A stretch of DNA of 64,000 bases, taken from assembly GCA_037142615.1 (NCBI GenBank), contig JBAXAI010000009.1, positions 1-64,000 on the forward strand, written 5' to 3'. The notes beneath the pieces were generated by a model. The model was not told the DNA's origin, did not search any database, and saw only the letters and a list, made by a program, of their open reading frames with translations. Position numbers and translations under genes: made by a program. Position 1 is the first letter of the stretch. Each line of letters opens with the position of its first letter. This DNA is from Spirochaetales bacterium. Its GTDB lineage: Bacteria; Spirochaetota; Spirochaetia; JABEVK01. This document shows, one piece after another, positions 1 to 9,406 of this stretch.

Positions 1-1064
1 TGCAGGTTGGCCGCCTGGGTTCCGGGACGCGAAGAGCCCAGAAGCAGATAGCGGCCGTAGTGGAAAACGAGCGCCGCGAGACCCGCATCCGGCGTGCCCT
101 TCCGGCACTTGGCGAGCCGCTCGTCGGTCGGCTCGGCGTCGCGGTCCTCGCCCAGTTGCATCGAACACCGGTTGTACAGCCGCTGATGCTCAGCGACGTG
201 GGCCGATTCCAGTTCGGCGTAGGTCTTTTGCAAGGCCCCACGAAGCGTCGCGGTGGCGACCGCAATCTCGTCGCGTCCGCACAAAAACGGGTGGGTGTCG
301 CTGTCGACGTAACTGGTTGCGCTGCTCAACACGATCATAGCTTCGGTGCTGCCGTGGATCATCAGACCCGTCGCAGTTGCCTCGACACGGCCGCTGCCCA
401 ACTGGACGCCGACCAACACGCAGAACCGCATCCCCGTGGTCTCGGGCGTGTCGCCGTAGATCACCGGCTCGTCGGTGGTCACGTAGTGCGGAGCGACGAA
501 GGCAGGAGCTTCTCCTTTCAAAACAAGGGTTTGGCCAGAAACTGTCACCTGCGACCGGAGGGGCGATGGAAGCGCCAGCGAAAACGAAAGGGGAAAATCG
601 CTGGTGATGCGGTAGACCAGCACGTCGTCGGTGCACGAGACGAACGCGGTGCGCCGCACGCGTCCTTGTGGCGTTTGATATTCCACGGTGGTGGTTGCCG
701 TCGTCAGGTCGAGCTCGCGGCGGTAACCGGTGGCAGCGTTGTCGGCAAACGTGAGGGCCAGGGTTCCGAGAGGCAAAAACGACTGGCTCCAGCGGCCCAC
801 CATCGAGCCTTCGACCAACGCCTGCGCTTCGGATACCCGTCCCGCGCGAAGGTGGGCACGGACGTGCTCCAGCGCTGGCAAGGCGTTCGGGTTTGTCCAT
901 GGGGCGGGGTAGCCGGACCACAGCGTGTCGTCGTTCAGGTCGAGTCTTTCCTCGGCAAGGCCGCCGTGAACCATGGCACCCAAGTGGCCATTGCCTAGGG
1001 GAAGGGCCTCTGTCCACCCACGGGCCGGTTGTCGGTACCAGAGGACTTGATTTTGCTGACTCAT
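1..1064 (-). CDS. Glycoside hydrolase family 95 (alpha-L-fucosidase-like), 5' part; runs off the window edge
   Basis: Absent from the ORF track. Manual translation from ATG at 1064 gives MSQQNQVLWYRQPARGWTEALPLGNGHLGAMVHGG...LDLNDDTLWSG and, in the same frame at the edge, FHYGRYLLLGSSRPGTQAANLQ, both GH95 motifs. Confidence 0.9.
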   Translation of the reverse strand, partial: MSQQNQVLWYRQPARGWTEALPLGNGHLGAMVHGGLAEERLDLNDDTLWSGYPAPWTNPNALPALEHVRAHLRAGRVSEAQALVEGSMVGRWSQSFLPLGTLALTFADNAATGYRRELDLTTATTTVEYQTPQGRVRRTAFVSCTDDVLVYRITSDFPLSFSLALPSPLRSQVTVSGQTLVLKGEAPAFVAPHYVTTDEPVIYGDTPETTGMRFCVLVGVQLGSGRVEATATGLMIHGSTEAMIVLSSATSYVDSDTHPFLCGRDEIAVATATLRGALQKTYAELESAHVAEHQRLYNRCSMQLGEDRDAEPTDERLAKCRKGTPDAGLAALVFHYGRYLLLGSSRPGTQAANL

Positions 1065-1078
1065 CGGCGTTGCCTCAC

Positions 1079-1104
1079 AAAAAAAGGGGGGCGCTAGGCC
1101 CCCC
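1079..1104 (-). terminator. Intrinsic terminator-like hairpin after the solute-binding protein gene
   Basis: GGGGGG-cgctagg-CCCCCC stem with an A7 run on the + strand (U-tract on the - strand). Confidence 0.7.
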
Positions 1105-1135
1105 GGTTCAGTTCTTCCGTCTGGGCGTTGGGCGA

Positions 1136-2794
1136 TCAGTAGCCTGCGCCTGCAGCCTTGGCTTTGGCGATGTTCGCCTTGGTTTCGGCAACCATGGCAG
1201 CATACCCTTGAATCGCGTTGACATCCTTGATGATCGTTGCTTTGTTGGTCGTAAACTCGGCATCGGTCTTCGACATGATCAGCTTGGGAATCGCAGTACT
1301 GAGGTAGGTGTCGATCTTCGACGACGTTCGCTTGCTCTCGTCCGAGGGGACTGGTGCAAACTGGTCGTAGGCGGAGTTCGGCGCAAAGGCGTTGAACTTC
1401 TTCCACAGGTTATGCGTCGAATCCATTTTGTAGTTGGCAAGCCATTCCTTCTGCGCTTCGGTCAGGGTCTTTGCCTGAACCTCAGGCTCGTTGAACAGGT
1501 CAATGAACTGCTTACCCGTGGAGTCCTTGGCCTGGGGGTCCAGTGCCGTCGAGTTCAGGTACTTTTGGGCACCGGAATTGACCACGAAGTCTTTGTCTTC
1601 TTTCAGCGTCAGGCCTTTTGCCGTCAGAACGGCCTTCCCCGAAGCGTCGACGGTCCAAGTGTCGCCCTTAGCCCCGTCGAGCAAAGACCGCGCCCCTTCG
1701 TCGGAGTACATCCAGTTGAGCACCTGGATGGCCTTTTCGGGGTTCTTGCTATTGGCGGAAACCACGTAGAACTTGCTGCCCAAGGGATTGTATTGGGCAG
1801 CGTTGTAGCTCATCCCCTCCACGGGAATGGAAAGGTAATCGGCGTTGGTTTTCACGAGGGTGCTGTTTTGCCCCCCGAGAACCCAATAGGCTGCCTGCAT
1901 GGTCACTTGTCCGGCGTTGAACTTGGCAATGGCTTGGTCGAAGGTTTGCGTGAACGAATCCGGGTCGACGATTCCGGCGCGCCAAAGCTTATTGTAGAAG
2001 GCGCTGTCGATCCACAGGGGCGAGCGGGCGTCTTTCAAACCGTCGACATACTCGTAGGTTTTCGTGTCGATGAAATTGGCGCCGCCTTTGCCCTGGATCC
2101 CGCGCATGACTTCGCTGAGCACGGTGTAGTGCCACAGTCCCCAGTCGCTCCACATCGAAACGCCGTAGATCTTTTTGCCCTCGGGCGTCGTGGGGTGTTT
2201 TTTCTGGATGGCGATCACTGCTTTCGCCACATCGTCGAAACTCTTGAGGGCCGGCTTGCCGATTTCCTTGAAGTAGTCCCAGCGCATATGGGTGCCGACG
2301 TACGGTTGGTAGTACACATTCTGCGGGCCGCCGGCAACCAGACGCGCCGGAATGGCGTAGAGCTTGCCCGTACCACCGCTGAGCTCCTTCTTGCTGAAGT
2401 TCAGGGAGGACCCAGCGACCTTTTTGATGTTCGGGCCGTATTTGTCGACCAGCGCCGCCAAGTCCAGGAGCGCACCGGCCTGGATCAGGTTGCCCAGTTT
2501 GGGCCTGGTTTCCGGGCCGAAGGCAAACAGGTCGGGAATATCGCCGCTGGCGATCATCACATTGTATTTGTCGGCCGTGTTGACCGACGCTTCGAAGGAC
2601 AAGGCCGCACCGGTTGCGGGCTGAAGGGCCAGGCTCACGGGGTCGGTCTGCACACCGTCGGCAATGGTAGCCGGGCTGCCCTGAGTATCGACGTAGCGAA
2701 GTACCACCGGATCGGCAGCGTAGGCCATTGCCGGAACCACCAGCAATGCGAGAGCGGCCCAAGTCTTCATGTTCTGTTTCCAAGATCTCTTCAT
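1136..2794 (-). CDS. Carbohydrate ABC transporter solute-binding protein (LplA-like)
   Basis: Signal peptide (MKTWAALALLVVPAMAYA), KYNVMIASGDIPDL, GKLYAIP, KNPEKAIQVLNWM. Start set at ATG 2794 with AGGAGA SD. Confidence 0.88.
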   Translation of the reverse strand: MKRSWKQNMKTWAALALLVVPAMAYAADPVVLRYVDTQGSPATIADGVQTDPVSLALQPATGAALSFEASVNTADKYNVMIASGDIPDLFAFGPETRPKLGNLIQAGALLDLAALVDKYGPNIKKVAGSSLNFSKKELSGGTGKLYAIPARLVAGGPQNVYYQPYVGTHMRWDYFKEIGKPALKSFDDVAKAVIAIQKKHPTTPEGKKIYGVSMWSDWGLWHYTVLSEVMRGIQGKGGANFIDTKTYEYVDGLKDARSPLWIDSAFYNKLWRAGIVDPDSFTQTFDQAIAKFNAGQVTMQAAYWVLGGQNSTLVKTNADYLSIPVEGMSYNAAQYNPLGSKFYVVSANSKNPEKAIQVLNWMYSDEGARSLLDGAKGDTWTVDASGKAVLTAKGLTLKEDKDFVVNSGAQKYLNSTALDPQAKDSTGKQFIDLFNEPEVQAKTLTEAQKEWLANYKMDSTHNLWKKFNAFAPNSAYDQFAPVPSDESKRTSSKIDTYLSTAIPKLIMSKTDAEFTTNKATIIKDVNAIQGYAAMVAETKANIAKAKAAGAGY

Positions 2795-2882
2795 TGTATT
2801 TCTCCTTTTTCTATCGGTCCCAGGGAACCAATCCCTTCGGACTATCGCAAAGCGCAACCTTTCCTCCTCGGCAATGATTTCG

Positions 2883-3770
2883 TCAGCCTTTCACGGCTCC
2901 GATCAGAAGGCCTTTGACAAAGTACTTCTGCATCAGCGGGTACACGATGACGATGGGAAGCGCGACGATCACCGTGAGCGTCATCTTGATCGCAATCGGC
3001 GACAGCGTTGCATGAAGGTTTTGGGCCGAAACGCCTGAGCGAGCCTGCTGGGCCAGCGCGTCGGCCTGCATCAGATAACGCATCAGCGTCATTTGCAGAG
3101 TCTGCAGGTTCGGGTCCCGCACCAGAAAGAAGTTGTCGGTCCAGTTGTTCCACTGGCCCACGGCGCTAAAAACCGCCACGGCCGCCAAAATGGGCGTCAC
3201 CAGGGGAAGGATGATCTTCCAGAAGATGGTCCAGACGTTGGCTCCGTCGATCACGGCCGATTCCTCCAGGGCAGTTGGCAACTGTTCGATGGAGGTCTTG
3301 ATGATCATGACAAAGAACACCGAAACTGCGTACGGCAAAATGTAGACGAGGTAGTTGTCCTTGAGGCCGAGCTTGAACATCACCACGTACCAGGGAATCA
3401 ACCCGGCGTTGACGTACATGCTGATCACCGCGAACCGGTAGAAGACCTTGCGGAAAGGCAGGTCAACTTTGGTGAGGGCGTACGCAAAGAGCGCGCTGAC
3501 CAACACCGTCACAAGTGTTCCCAGCACGGTACGGGAAACCGAAATCACCGCCGCGAGAGCCACGCCCTTGAGCGAGATCAGTTCGATGTAATTGCTGAAG
3601 GTGAAGCCCACGGGAAGCCAGTACAGGCGTGTTTTCACGACCTCGGCCGGATCACTGAGAGAATAAATGGCCATGTAGTAGAACGGGTAAAAACAGAGGA
3701 AAGCGAACGCCGTGACGGCCGCCAGCACAGCACCCTGAAAGGCGAGTTCTTGAAAACGGGGACTCTTCAT
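2883..3770 (-). CDS. Carbohydrate ABC transporter permease (MalG-like)
   Basis: EAA loop LEESAVIDGA; multiple TM segments. Confidence 0.92.
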   Translation of the reverse strand: MKSPRFQELAFQGAVLAAVTAFAFLCFYPFYYMAIYSLSDPAEVVKTRLYWLPVGFTFSNYIELISLKGVALAAVISVSRTVLGTLVTVLVSALFAYALTKVDLPFRKVFYRFAVISMYVNAGLIPWYVVMFKLGLKDNYLVYILPYAVSVFFVMIIKTSIEQLPTALEESAVIDGANVWTIFWKIILPLVTPILAAVAVFSAVGQWNNWTDNFFLVRDPNLQTLQMTLMRYLMQADALAQQARSGVSAQNLHATLSPIAIKMTLTVIVALPIVIVYPLMQKYFVKGLLIGAVKG

Positions 3771-4666
3771 ACAATCGACCTGCCTGCGAGTTTTTTGCTC
3801 AGCGAGTTCGCCAGAAACACCAGCGCCACGCTCACCACCGTTTTGGCTACGCTGACGGCGGTGGCGTAGGGAATGTCGTCGTTCTTGAGGCCGATGGCGT
3901 AGGTGTAGTAATCGAGCGTGGTGATGGCGGGACTCACCATGCCGTTCCAGAACACGTAGTACTGGTCAAAACCCGAGGAAAGGATGGACCCGATGTTGAT
4001 CAGCAACAGCACCAAGAACGTGGGCATCAAGCCAGGAATGGTGATGGCTTTGATGGTGGCCCAGCGGCCGGCCCCGTCGATCTTGGCGGCCTCGTACAAC
4101 TCGGGGTCCAGGCCCGCCAATGCCGCAAAGAAGATCACCGAGCTGTAGCCCAGTTCCTTCCAGTAGCGGACAAAGGTCTGGAGCGTCCAGGTGAGGTCGG
4201 CATTGCCCAGAAAATTGATGGGCTCGGTGGTGAGTTTCAGGTCTTGCAGCAGGTTGTTGACAACGCCATCGCCTTGCGACAGAAACACCGAGAACACCGA
4301 GAAGACGATGACCCAGCTCATGAAGTTGGGAAGGGTGGCAATGGTCTGCAGAAACCGGCCATAGCGGCGGTAGCGAAGCTCAGAAACCAGAATGGCAAAA
4401 GAGGCTGCTGCCGGGAGAATGGTGAGCGCCAGCAGGCTCATGGCCAGCGTATTGATGATGGCCTGGTACATGCTCGGGTCGGTAAACGCCGCCTCAAAAG
4501 CCTTGAAACCGACAAAGTTCATCCTGTCGAAGGCCATCCCGATGCGGTAGTCCGAGAAGGCAAACGCCCAACCGAGAATGGGTCCGTACGCAAAAACGAG
4601 AACCAAGAGTACAGCGGGAAGCGCCATGCCCAGGAGCAACCATCTGTTGGTGTTGTCCGATTTCAT
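3767..4666 (-). CDS. Carbohydrate ABC transporter permease (LplB/MalF-like)
   Basis: LYEAAKIDGAGRW and LPNFMSWVIV motifs; 4-nt overlap with the next permease. Confidence 0.92.
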   Translation of the reverse strand: MKSDNTNRWLLLGMALPAVLLVLVFAYGPILGWAFAFSDYRIGMAFDRMNFVGFKAFEAAFTDPSMYQAIINTLAMSLLALTILPAAASFAILVSELRYRRYGRFLQTIATLPNFMSWVIVFSVFSVFLSQGDGVVNNLLQDLKLTTEPINFLGNADLTWTLQTFVRYWKELGYSSVIFFAALAGLDPELYEAAKIDGAGRWATIKAITIPGLMPTFLVLLLINIGSILSSGFDQYYVFWNGMVSPAITTLDYYTYAIGLKNDDIPYATAVSVAKTVVSVALVFLANSLSKKLAGRSIV

Positions 4667-4702
4667 GCTTTCACGTTAGGGCCACCGGGTAAGAACCGTA
4701 AA

Positions 4703-4729
4703 CTTTGAATACCACTGGCCAGCTTTGAA
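4703..4729. promoter_or_regulatory. Direct repeat CTTTGAA x2, 20 bp apart; candidate binding site for the AraC-type response regulator
   Basis: CTTTGAA at 4703-4709 and 4723-4729, in the divergent gap between the ABC operon and the two-component genes. Confidence 0.35.
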
Positions 4730-4810
4730 CTTCATTGCCTGCGTTTATTGGAGCAAAGCCATGGTTTCCAGAGTTTCGCGGTCAGCGGGTCCGTGGTATC
4801 CTTGAGGCTT

Positions 4811-6594
4811 ATGATTGCGAGCCTGTTTCGTGCCTTCCGGTACCGCATCGTCTGGAAGTTGCTCGCCATTTTCAGCGTTCTGATGATGGCGGGGCTCCTC
4901 CTGCTGTCGGTTCTCTCGGCCGCCGTGATCACCTCGGTGCTCGAAACCGAAAAGACCGAATACAATCGTTTGGTGCTGGCCCGCGTGAACGATTTCGTGA
5001 ACGCCAAGTTGCGCTCGGCCCGGCAGGTGCTGGTCGATACCCTGCAAACCCAAACCACGACCGACCGCACCGTTTCGGATTTCCTTCTGGCCGTTGAAGG
5101 GGCGGACGACCAAGGCCGCTCCATCCGCGACTACGAGGGTTTCCGCCGTCACTTTCTTGCCATGCTCGGCGTCGACGAGGATCTCACCGCCATCAGCGTT
5201 TTGAGAAAGTCCGACGGCGCGCTTCACCGCTTTCCCCGCACCTCTGCCGGAGGCACGGCCGCGAGCCCCGGGCAGCAGGCGGCCATGCTCGGACAGCTGG
5301 GCATTCTCAATGCCGATTTCGTGGCATCGCCGCGCGAGGCCGGTCCAGGTGCCGACGAACTGCTCCTGATGGTCAACCTGAAAGACGTGGTCACCTACCA
5401 AAACCTGGCGGTGCTTGAGCTGTCGTTTTCCCAAACCCGGCTGGGCCGCCTCATTGCCGAGTTCTACCAAGGTGCCATCGCCACCGACATCTCTTTGGTG
5501 TCTCGTGATCACACGGTTCTGTTCAACAACCAGGGCCGTGGCGTCGGCCTACCTTATGAGGGCCGTCTGACCGACTCGGCGCAGGGTGACCAGTTGGTAC
5601 AGGTGCTTTCGGACAACCCCCTGGGAATCACGGTGGTGGGCGTGACGGCGGCGAGCGAAATTCGGCGGACGGCCGACACCATCAACCGGTTTGTGCTGAT
5701 TATCGCCCTGGTTTTTATCGTTCTGGCACCTTTGATTGCCTACCTTTCATCGCGGTCTTTTGCCCGCCGCATCGTCTCGATCCGTGTAGCGCTCGATAAA
5801 ATCGCCGCCGGCGATCTGACCGTCAGGTTGCCACGGAGCCGCGCCACCGACGAGGTCTCCGACGTGGCCCTGACCCTCAACGCCATGTGTGCCGACCTGG
5901 AGAAGCACATCGAGCGCGAGTACCGATCGGAGCTCCGCATCAAACAGGCCGAACTGCAAAGCCTCCAGTCGCAGATCGACCCGCACTTTCTGTACAACAC
6001 CCTCGACGAGATCCGCATGAAGGCCAGGGCTGCAGGAGCCGACGACGCCGAGAAAATGATCATGACTTTGGCGCGGCTTCTTCGGTTCTCGATGGGGCGA
6101 GAACTGCTGATCACGCTGGGAGAGGAAGTGGAACGCACCGAATCCTACCTCGCCATCATGAGTCTCAAGGACGCCCGCTGGGAGGTCACCCTGGAAATTG
6201 ACCCCGCGGTGCGGCAGCTAGGTATTCTGCGGAATGTGCTCCAGCCCGTTGTTGAGAACAGCTTTCAGCACGGTTTCGTGGAAGGCCGAAGGAACACCCT
6301 GGCCATCCGGGCCTCGGCCGTGGCAACGAACTGGTGCTGGTGGTCGAGGACAACGGCTGTGGCCTGAGCGCACCAAGGTTGGCCGAAGTTCGAGAGCGGC
6401 TGTCGTCGCCGAATCCCCTGGCGACCGAGAGCATCGGCTTGAGCAACGTCGCGGAACGTCTGCGACTCATCTTTGGCGAGGGGTTCCGACTGGAGATTGA
6501 GTCAGCACCTGGAGCGGGCACCCGCGTGACCATCTACCTGAAGGCACTGAGTTGGGAGGAGTTAAGGTACCATGTATACGGTTCTGATCGCTGA
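4811..6594 (+). pseudogene. YesM-like sensor histidine kinase split by a frameshift near 6319 (real lesion or sequencing error)
   Basis: HAMP, LQSQIDPHFLYNTL and LQPVVENSFQHG are in the frame ending 6367. VEDNGCG, IGLSNVAERL and ESAPGAGTRV are in the frame ending 6594. Start set at ATG 4811. Confidence 0.85.
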
Positions 6595-7780
6595 CGACAA
6601 CCCGACCATTTGCCAGGGACTGCTGGAACTTATCCCGTGGGCCGAGGACCAGATGGAGGTGGTGGCGACGGCCTCCAACGGCCGCGAGGCTCTGGCAATC
6701 CTGACCACCCGACCCATCGACCTGCTGATTACCGATGTGAAAATGCCCGTCATGGACGGGATCGACCTGATCCGCAACCTGGTGGACCGCGGCGTCAAAA
6801 CCCGACGCATCATCCTGAGCGCCTTCAGCGACTTTGACTACGTGCGGCGGGCGGCTGTCTACGGCATCGAGAATTACCTGCTCAAGCCCGTCGAAGCCGT
6901 GGAACTGCGCAATACCCTGCTCAGCGCCATCGACAAGATCCAATTCGAATCCCAGCGCAACTGGCTCGAAGCCGAAGGGGCTCCCCTCCTGCGCGGGAAC
7001 ATCCTGGCACGGTGGGTGAGCGGCAGCATCAGCCCCAATGAGCTGCAGGACAAAGGCCGTTTTCTCAAGCTGCCGCTGGCGGCGACACACTACCGGGTCG
7101 ACCTTGTCTCGTCTTCCGACCAGAATCCCGTGCCTGACGCTTGGGCAGCGGTGTGGCGGACGAGTGTTGCGATGTCGCCCGGCATGGACGCCGAGGTTTT
7201 CCGCGACGTACCGGGCAACCTGGTGGTTCTGTTTTCCGCAGGCGACGCCCCGTCGCTGGCCAGGTTTGCCAACGACGCGATGGAACGTTTCCGCGCTGCG
7301 TTGGTGGTTCACGGGGAGTCCTTTCCCGTCTTTCGGGCTTCCGAAGTCGTCAGTGGCATGGAATTGGTGCACGACGCGTACCTGCAGGTCATCGAAACCC
7401 CCGAAGATCCGCAAACACCCGCGTCTACATCTCCCCTCAGCCGCAGCTCCCACCTGGCGGCAAAAGTGAATGAGTACATCGCGGACCACTACCGTCAGGA
7501 AATCAACCTCAAGACCGTGGCCTACGAACTTGGTATGAACGCGTTTTACCTGGGGCAGATCTTTCGCGGTTCCACCGGCGATTCCTTCACCAACCGGCTC
7601 AACAGCCTGCGTATCGACGCCGCCAAGGAGTTGCTTCGCGGTCACGACACGCTGCGGGTTTCCGAGGTGGCCACGATGGTGGGCTATTCCAACCCCAACT
7701 ACTTTTTCACCGTGTTCAAAAAGTACACCGGCGTTACCCCGGCCGCGTATCAACTGGGGGCGGGTCAACCAGGCGCCTGA
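6572..7780 (+). CDS. YesN-like response regulator (receiver + AraC HTH)
   Basis: LIADD, TDVKMPVMDG, YLLKP; C-terminal VGYSNPNYFFTVFKKYTGVTP. Confidence 0.93.
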   Translation: MYTVLIADDNPTICQGLLELIPWAEDQMEVVATASNGREALAILTTRPIDLLITDVKMPVMDGIDLIRNLVDRGVKTRRIILSAFSDFDYVRRAAVYGIENYLLKPVEAVELRNTLLSAIDKIQFESQRNWLEAEGAPLLRGNILARWVSGSISPNELQDKGRFLKLPLAATHYRVDLVSSSDQNPVPDAWAAVWRTSVAMSPGMDAEVFRDVPGNLVVLFSAGDAPSLARFANDAMERFRAALVVHGESFPVFRASEVVSGMELVHDAYLQVIETPEDPQTPASTSPLSRSSHLAAKVNEYIADHYRQEINLKTVAYELGMNAFYLGQIFRGSTGDSFTNRLNSLRIDAAKELLRGHDTLRVSEVATMVGYSNPNYFFTVFKKYTGVTPAAYQLGAGQPGA

Positions 7781-7795
7781 ACGCACCGTCGCCTC

Positions 7796-9367
7796 TCAAC
7801 CCTCTTCCCAGCTCTCCACGTTGCGGGCCACCTCGTCGAAGACGATGCCGACCTGACGCAGAGGGAGCACTTTGCCTTGGGCGTTGGTGCGGCCCCGGTA
7901 CTTGGCGGCGTAATCCTTGCGAAGGATCTGGGCCAGCGGGGCCTCGCTGCCGCTCTTGTCGAGGCCTTTCACCTTGAACTCAAAAATCCAGATGCCGTGC
8001 GGGCCAATCACCGTCAGGTCGATGCGTCCCCGGTTGGTCACGTCCTCGGGAATCACGCTGAGGCCCAGGCTGGCGAAGTAGGCGTACACCACGCTGGCGT
8101 AGAAGCCCTCGTAGCGCGACAGTTGGTTGTTGCGGTAGTTGTCGGCGGGGATGGACGCGAAAAATGCCGTGAATAGGTCACGCAGGGCTGGACCGTCACC
8201 GGCTTCGAGGATGTCGCGTAGCCTGTTGCGGTTGTCGGAAGTTCCATCGTTGTCACCGGTCAGGTTCACTAAGTTGAGGCGCGAGAACGACATCCTGACC
8301 TCGTGGTTGGGAAAGCCCAAACGAAACCGGGTGCCCTCCTCGGGATCGACAAGCCGCTCTTTGATGGTAAGGTAGCCCGTCTGGAACAGCATCACCGGCA
8401 GGCTCATCGACTCGGGCTCAAAGCTGTCGGACAATTCGGCACCGATTTTGAGCGTGTCGAGTTCGGGGAGAGACCGGGGTTGTTCGCGCAACAGCTTGAT
8501 CAAAAAGCTGGGTGTACCGGTTTCGAACCACCAGGGACGCAGTTCTTGGTTCGCGCAAAGCAGCAGGATGTCAAAAGGGTTGTAGACGCCCTCGGAGCCC
8601 CACGTGTAGCCGTTATACCAGTTGCGTACCACCTCGCGGTCGAACTTGACCAGATGTGGGGAAAACAACGTGTCGACATCCTTTTGCGTGTAGCCGCATA
8701 CGGTACCGTAGGCTTCCTCTAGGGTGATGTCATTGAGCTGATTCAGGCCGCTAAACACTCCGGCCTTGCTGAACTTGCTGACGCCCGTCAGAAAAACAAA
8801 GCGCAGGTAGGGGTCGGCAGGCTTGAGGATGCCGTAGAACTGTTTCAGCACCTCGCGCATCCGGATGGCCAGAGGGGTGTCGAGCAGGTTGTCGAGAATC
8901 GGCTTGTCGTACTCGTCGACCAGCACCACGGCTTTTTCCAGACCCTTGGCCGCCATGGCTTCGAGCAACGCGTAAAGCCGTTCGCCGGGGGACCCTTCGC
9001 CAGAGGTGACACCAAAGCGCCGACCGTAAGCTTCGATCTTTCGGATCAGGAAAGCGGCCAGACCGTCGGGATCGTTCGGTGCGCCGGTGGTGAAGTCAAA
9101 ACGCAGCACGGGGTTGGTACGCGTCCAATCCCAACCCGAATCGTCGCGGTCCAAAAAAAGGCTCTGGAAAAGGTCACGGCGACCGCTGAAAGCCAAGTCG
9201 AGGGTATCGACAAGCAGGCTCTTGCCAAAGCGGCGCGGGCGCGACAAAAAAACCGCCGCCGACTCCGTCATCCGCGCGATCAAGGGAGTTTTGTCGACGT
9301 AAGCGAAGCCTTGGGTGCGAAGTTTCTCAAAACTCTGGATGCCAATGGGCAGTTTGGGCAGGGCCAT
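7796..9367 (-). CDS. AAA-ATPase-like protein with C-terminal PD-(D/E)XK nuclease domain (AAA-ATPase_like + PDDEXK_9 type)
   Basis: LPIGIQSFEKLR, LSRPRRFGKS, VLVDEYDKP, VYNPF, WFETGTP, GRIDL...IFEFK. Confidence 0.9.
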   Translation of the reverse strand: MALPKLPIGIQSFEKLRTQGFAYVDKTPLIARMTESAAVFLSRPRRFGKSLLVDTLDLAFSGRRDLFQSLFLDRDDSGWDWTRTNPVLRFDFTTGAPNDPDGLAAFLIRKIEAYGRRFGVTSGEGSPGERLYALLEAMAAKGLEKAVVLVDEYDKPILDNLLDTPLAIRMREVLKQFYGILKPADPYLRFVFLTGVSKFSKAGVFSGLNQLNDITLEEAYGTVCGYTQKDVDTLFSPHLVKFDREVVRNWYNGYTWGSEGVYNPFDILLLCANQELRPWWFETGTPSFLIKLLREQPRSLPELDTLKIGAELSDSFEPESMSLPVMLFQTGYLTIKERLVDPEEGTRFRLGFPNHEVRMSFSRLNLVNLTGDNDGTSDNRNRLRDILEAGDGPALRDLFTAFFASIPADNYRNNQLSRYEGFYASVVYAYFASLGLSVIPEDVTNRGRIDLTVIGPHGIWIFEFKVKGLDKSGSEAPLAQILRKDYAAKYRGRTNAQGKVLPLRQVGIVFDEVARNVESWEEG

Positions 9368-9406
9368 GAGTCAAGTGTACCCCGGGAGGGGTCGGGGGTC
9401 AATTTG

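Noticed and set aside
60-1017. ORF-track entries 60..998 (+) and 190..1017 (-)
   Set aside because: Shadow frames of the real GH95 gene (ATG 1064, - strand), which the track missed because it has no stop inside the window.
893-2917. 674-aa + strand ORF and similar long antisense ORFs (12910..14544, 40251..42383, 42656..44281, 55626..57269, 60062..61594)
   Set aside because: Antisense mirrors of well-supported genes; expected in GC-rich DNA and without motifs.
6311-6335. Programmed ribosomal frameshift in the kinase
   Set aside because: No X_XXY_YYZ slippery site or homopolymer tract; a simple 1-nt deletion is more economical.
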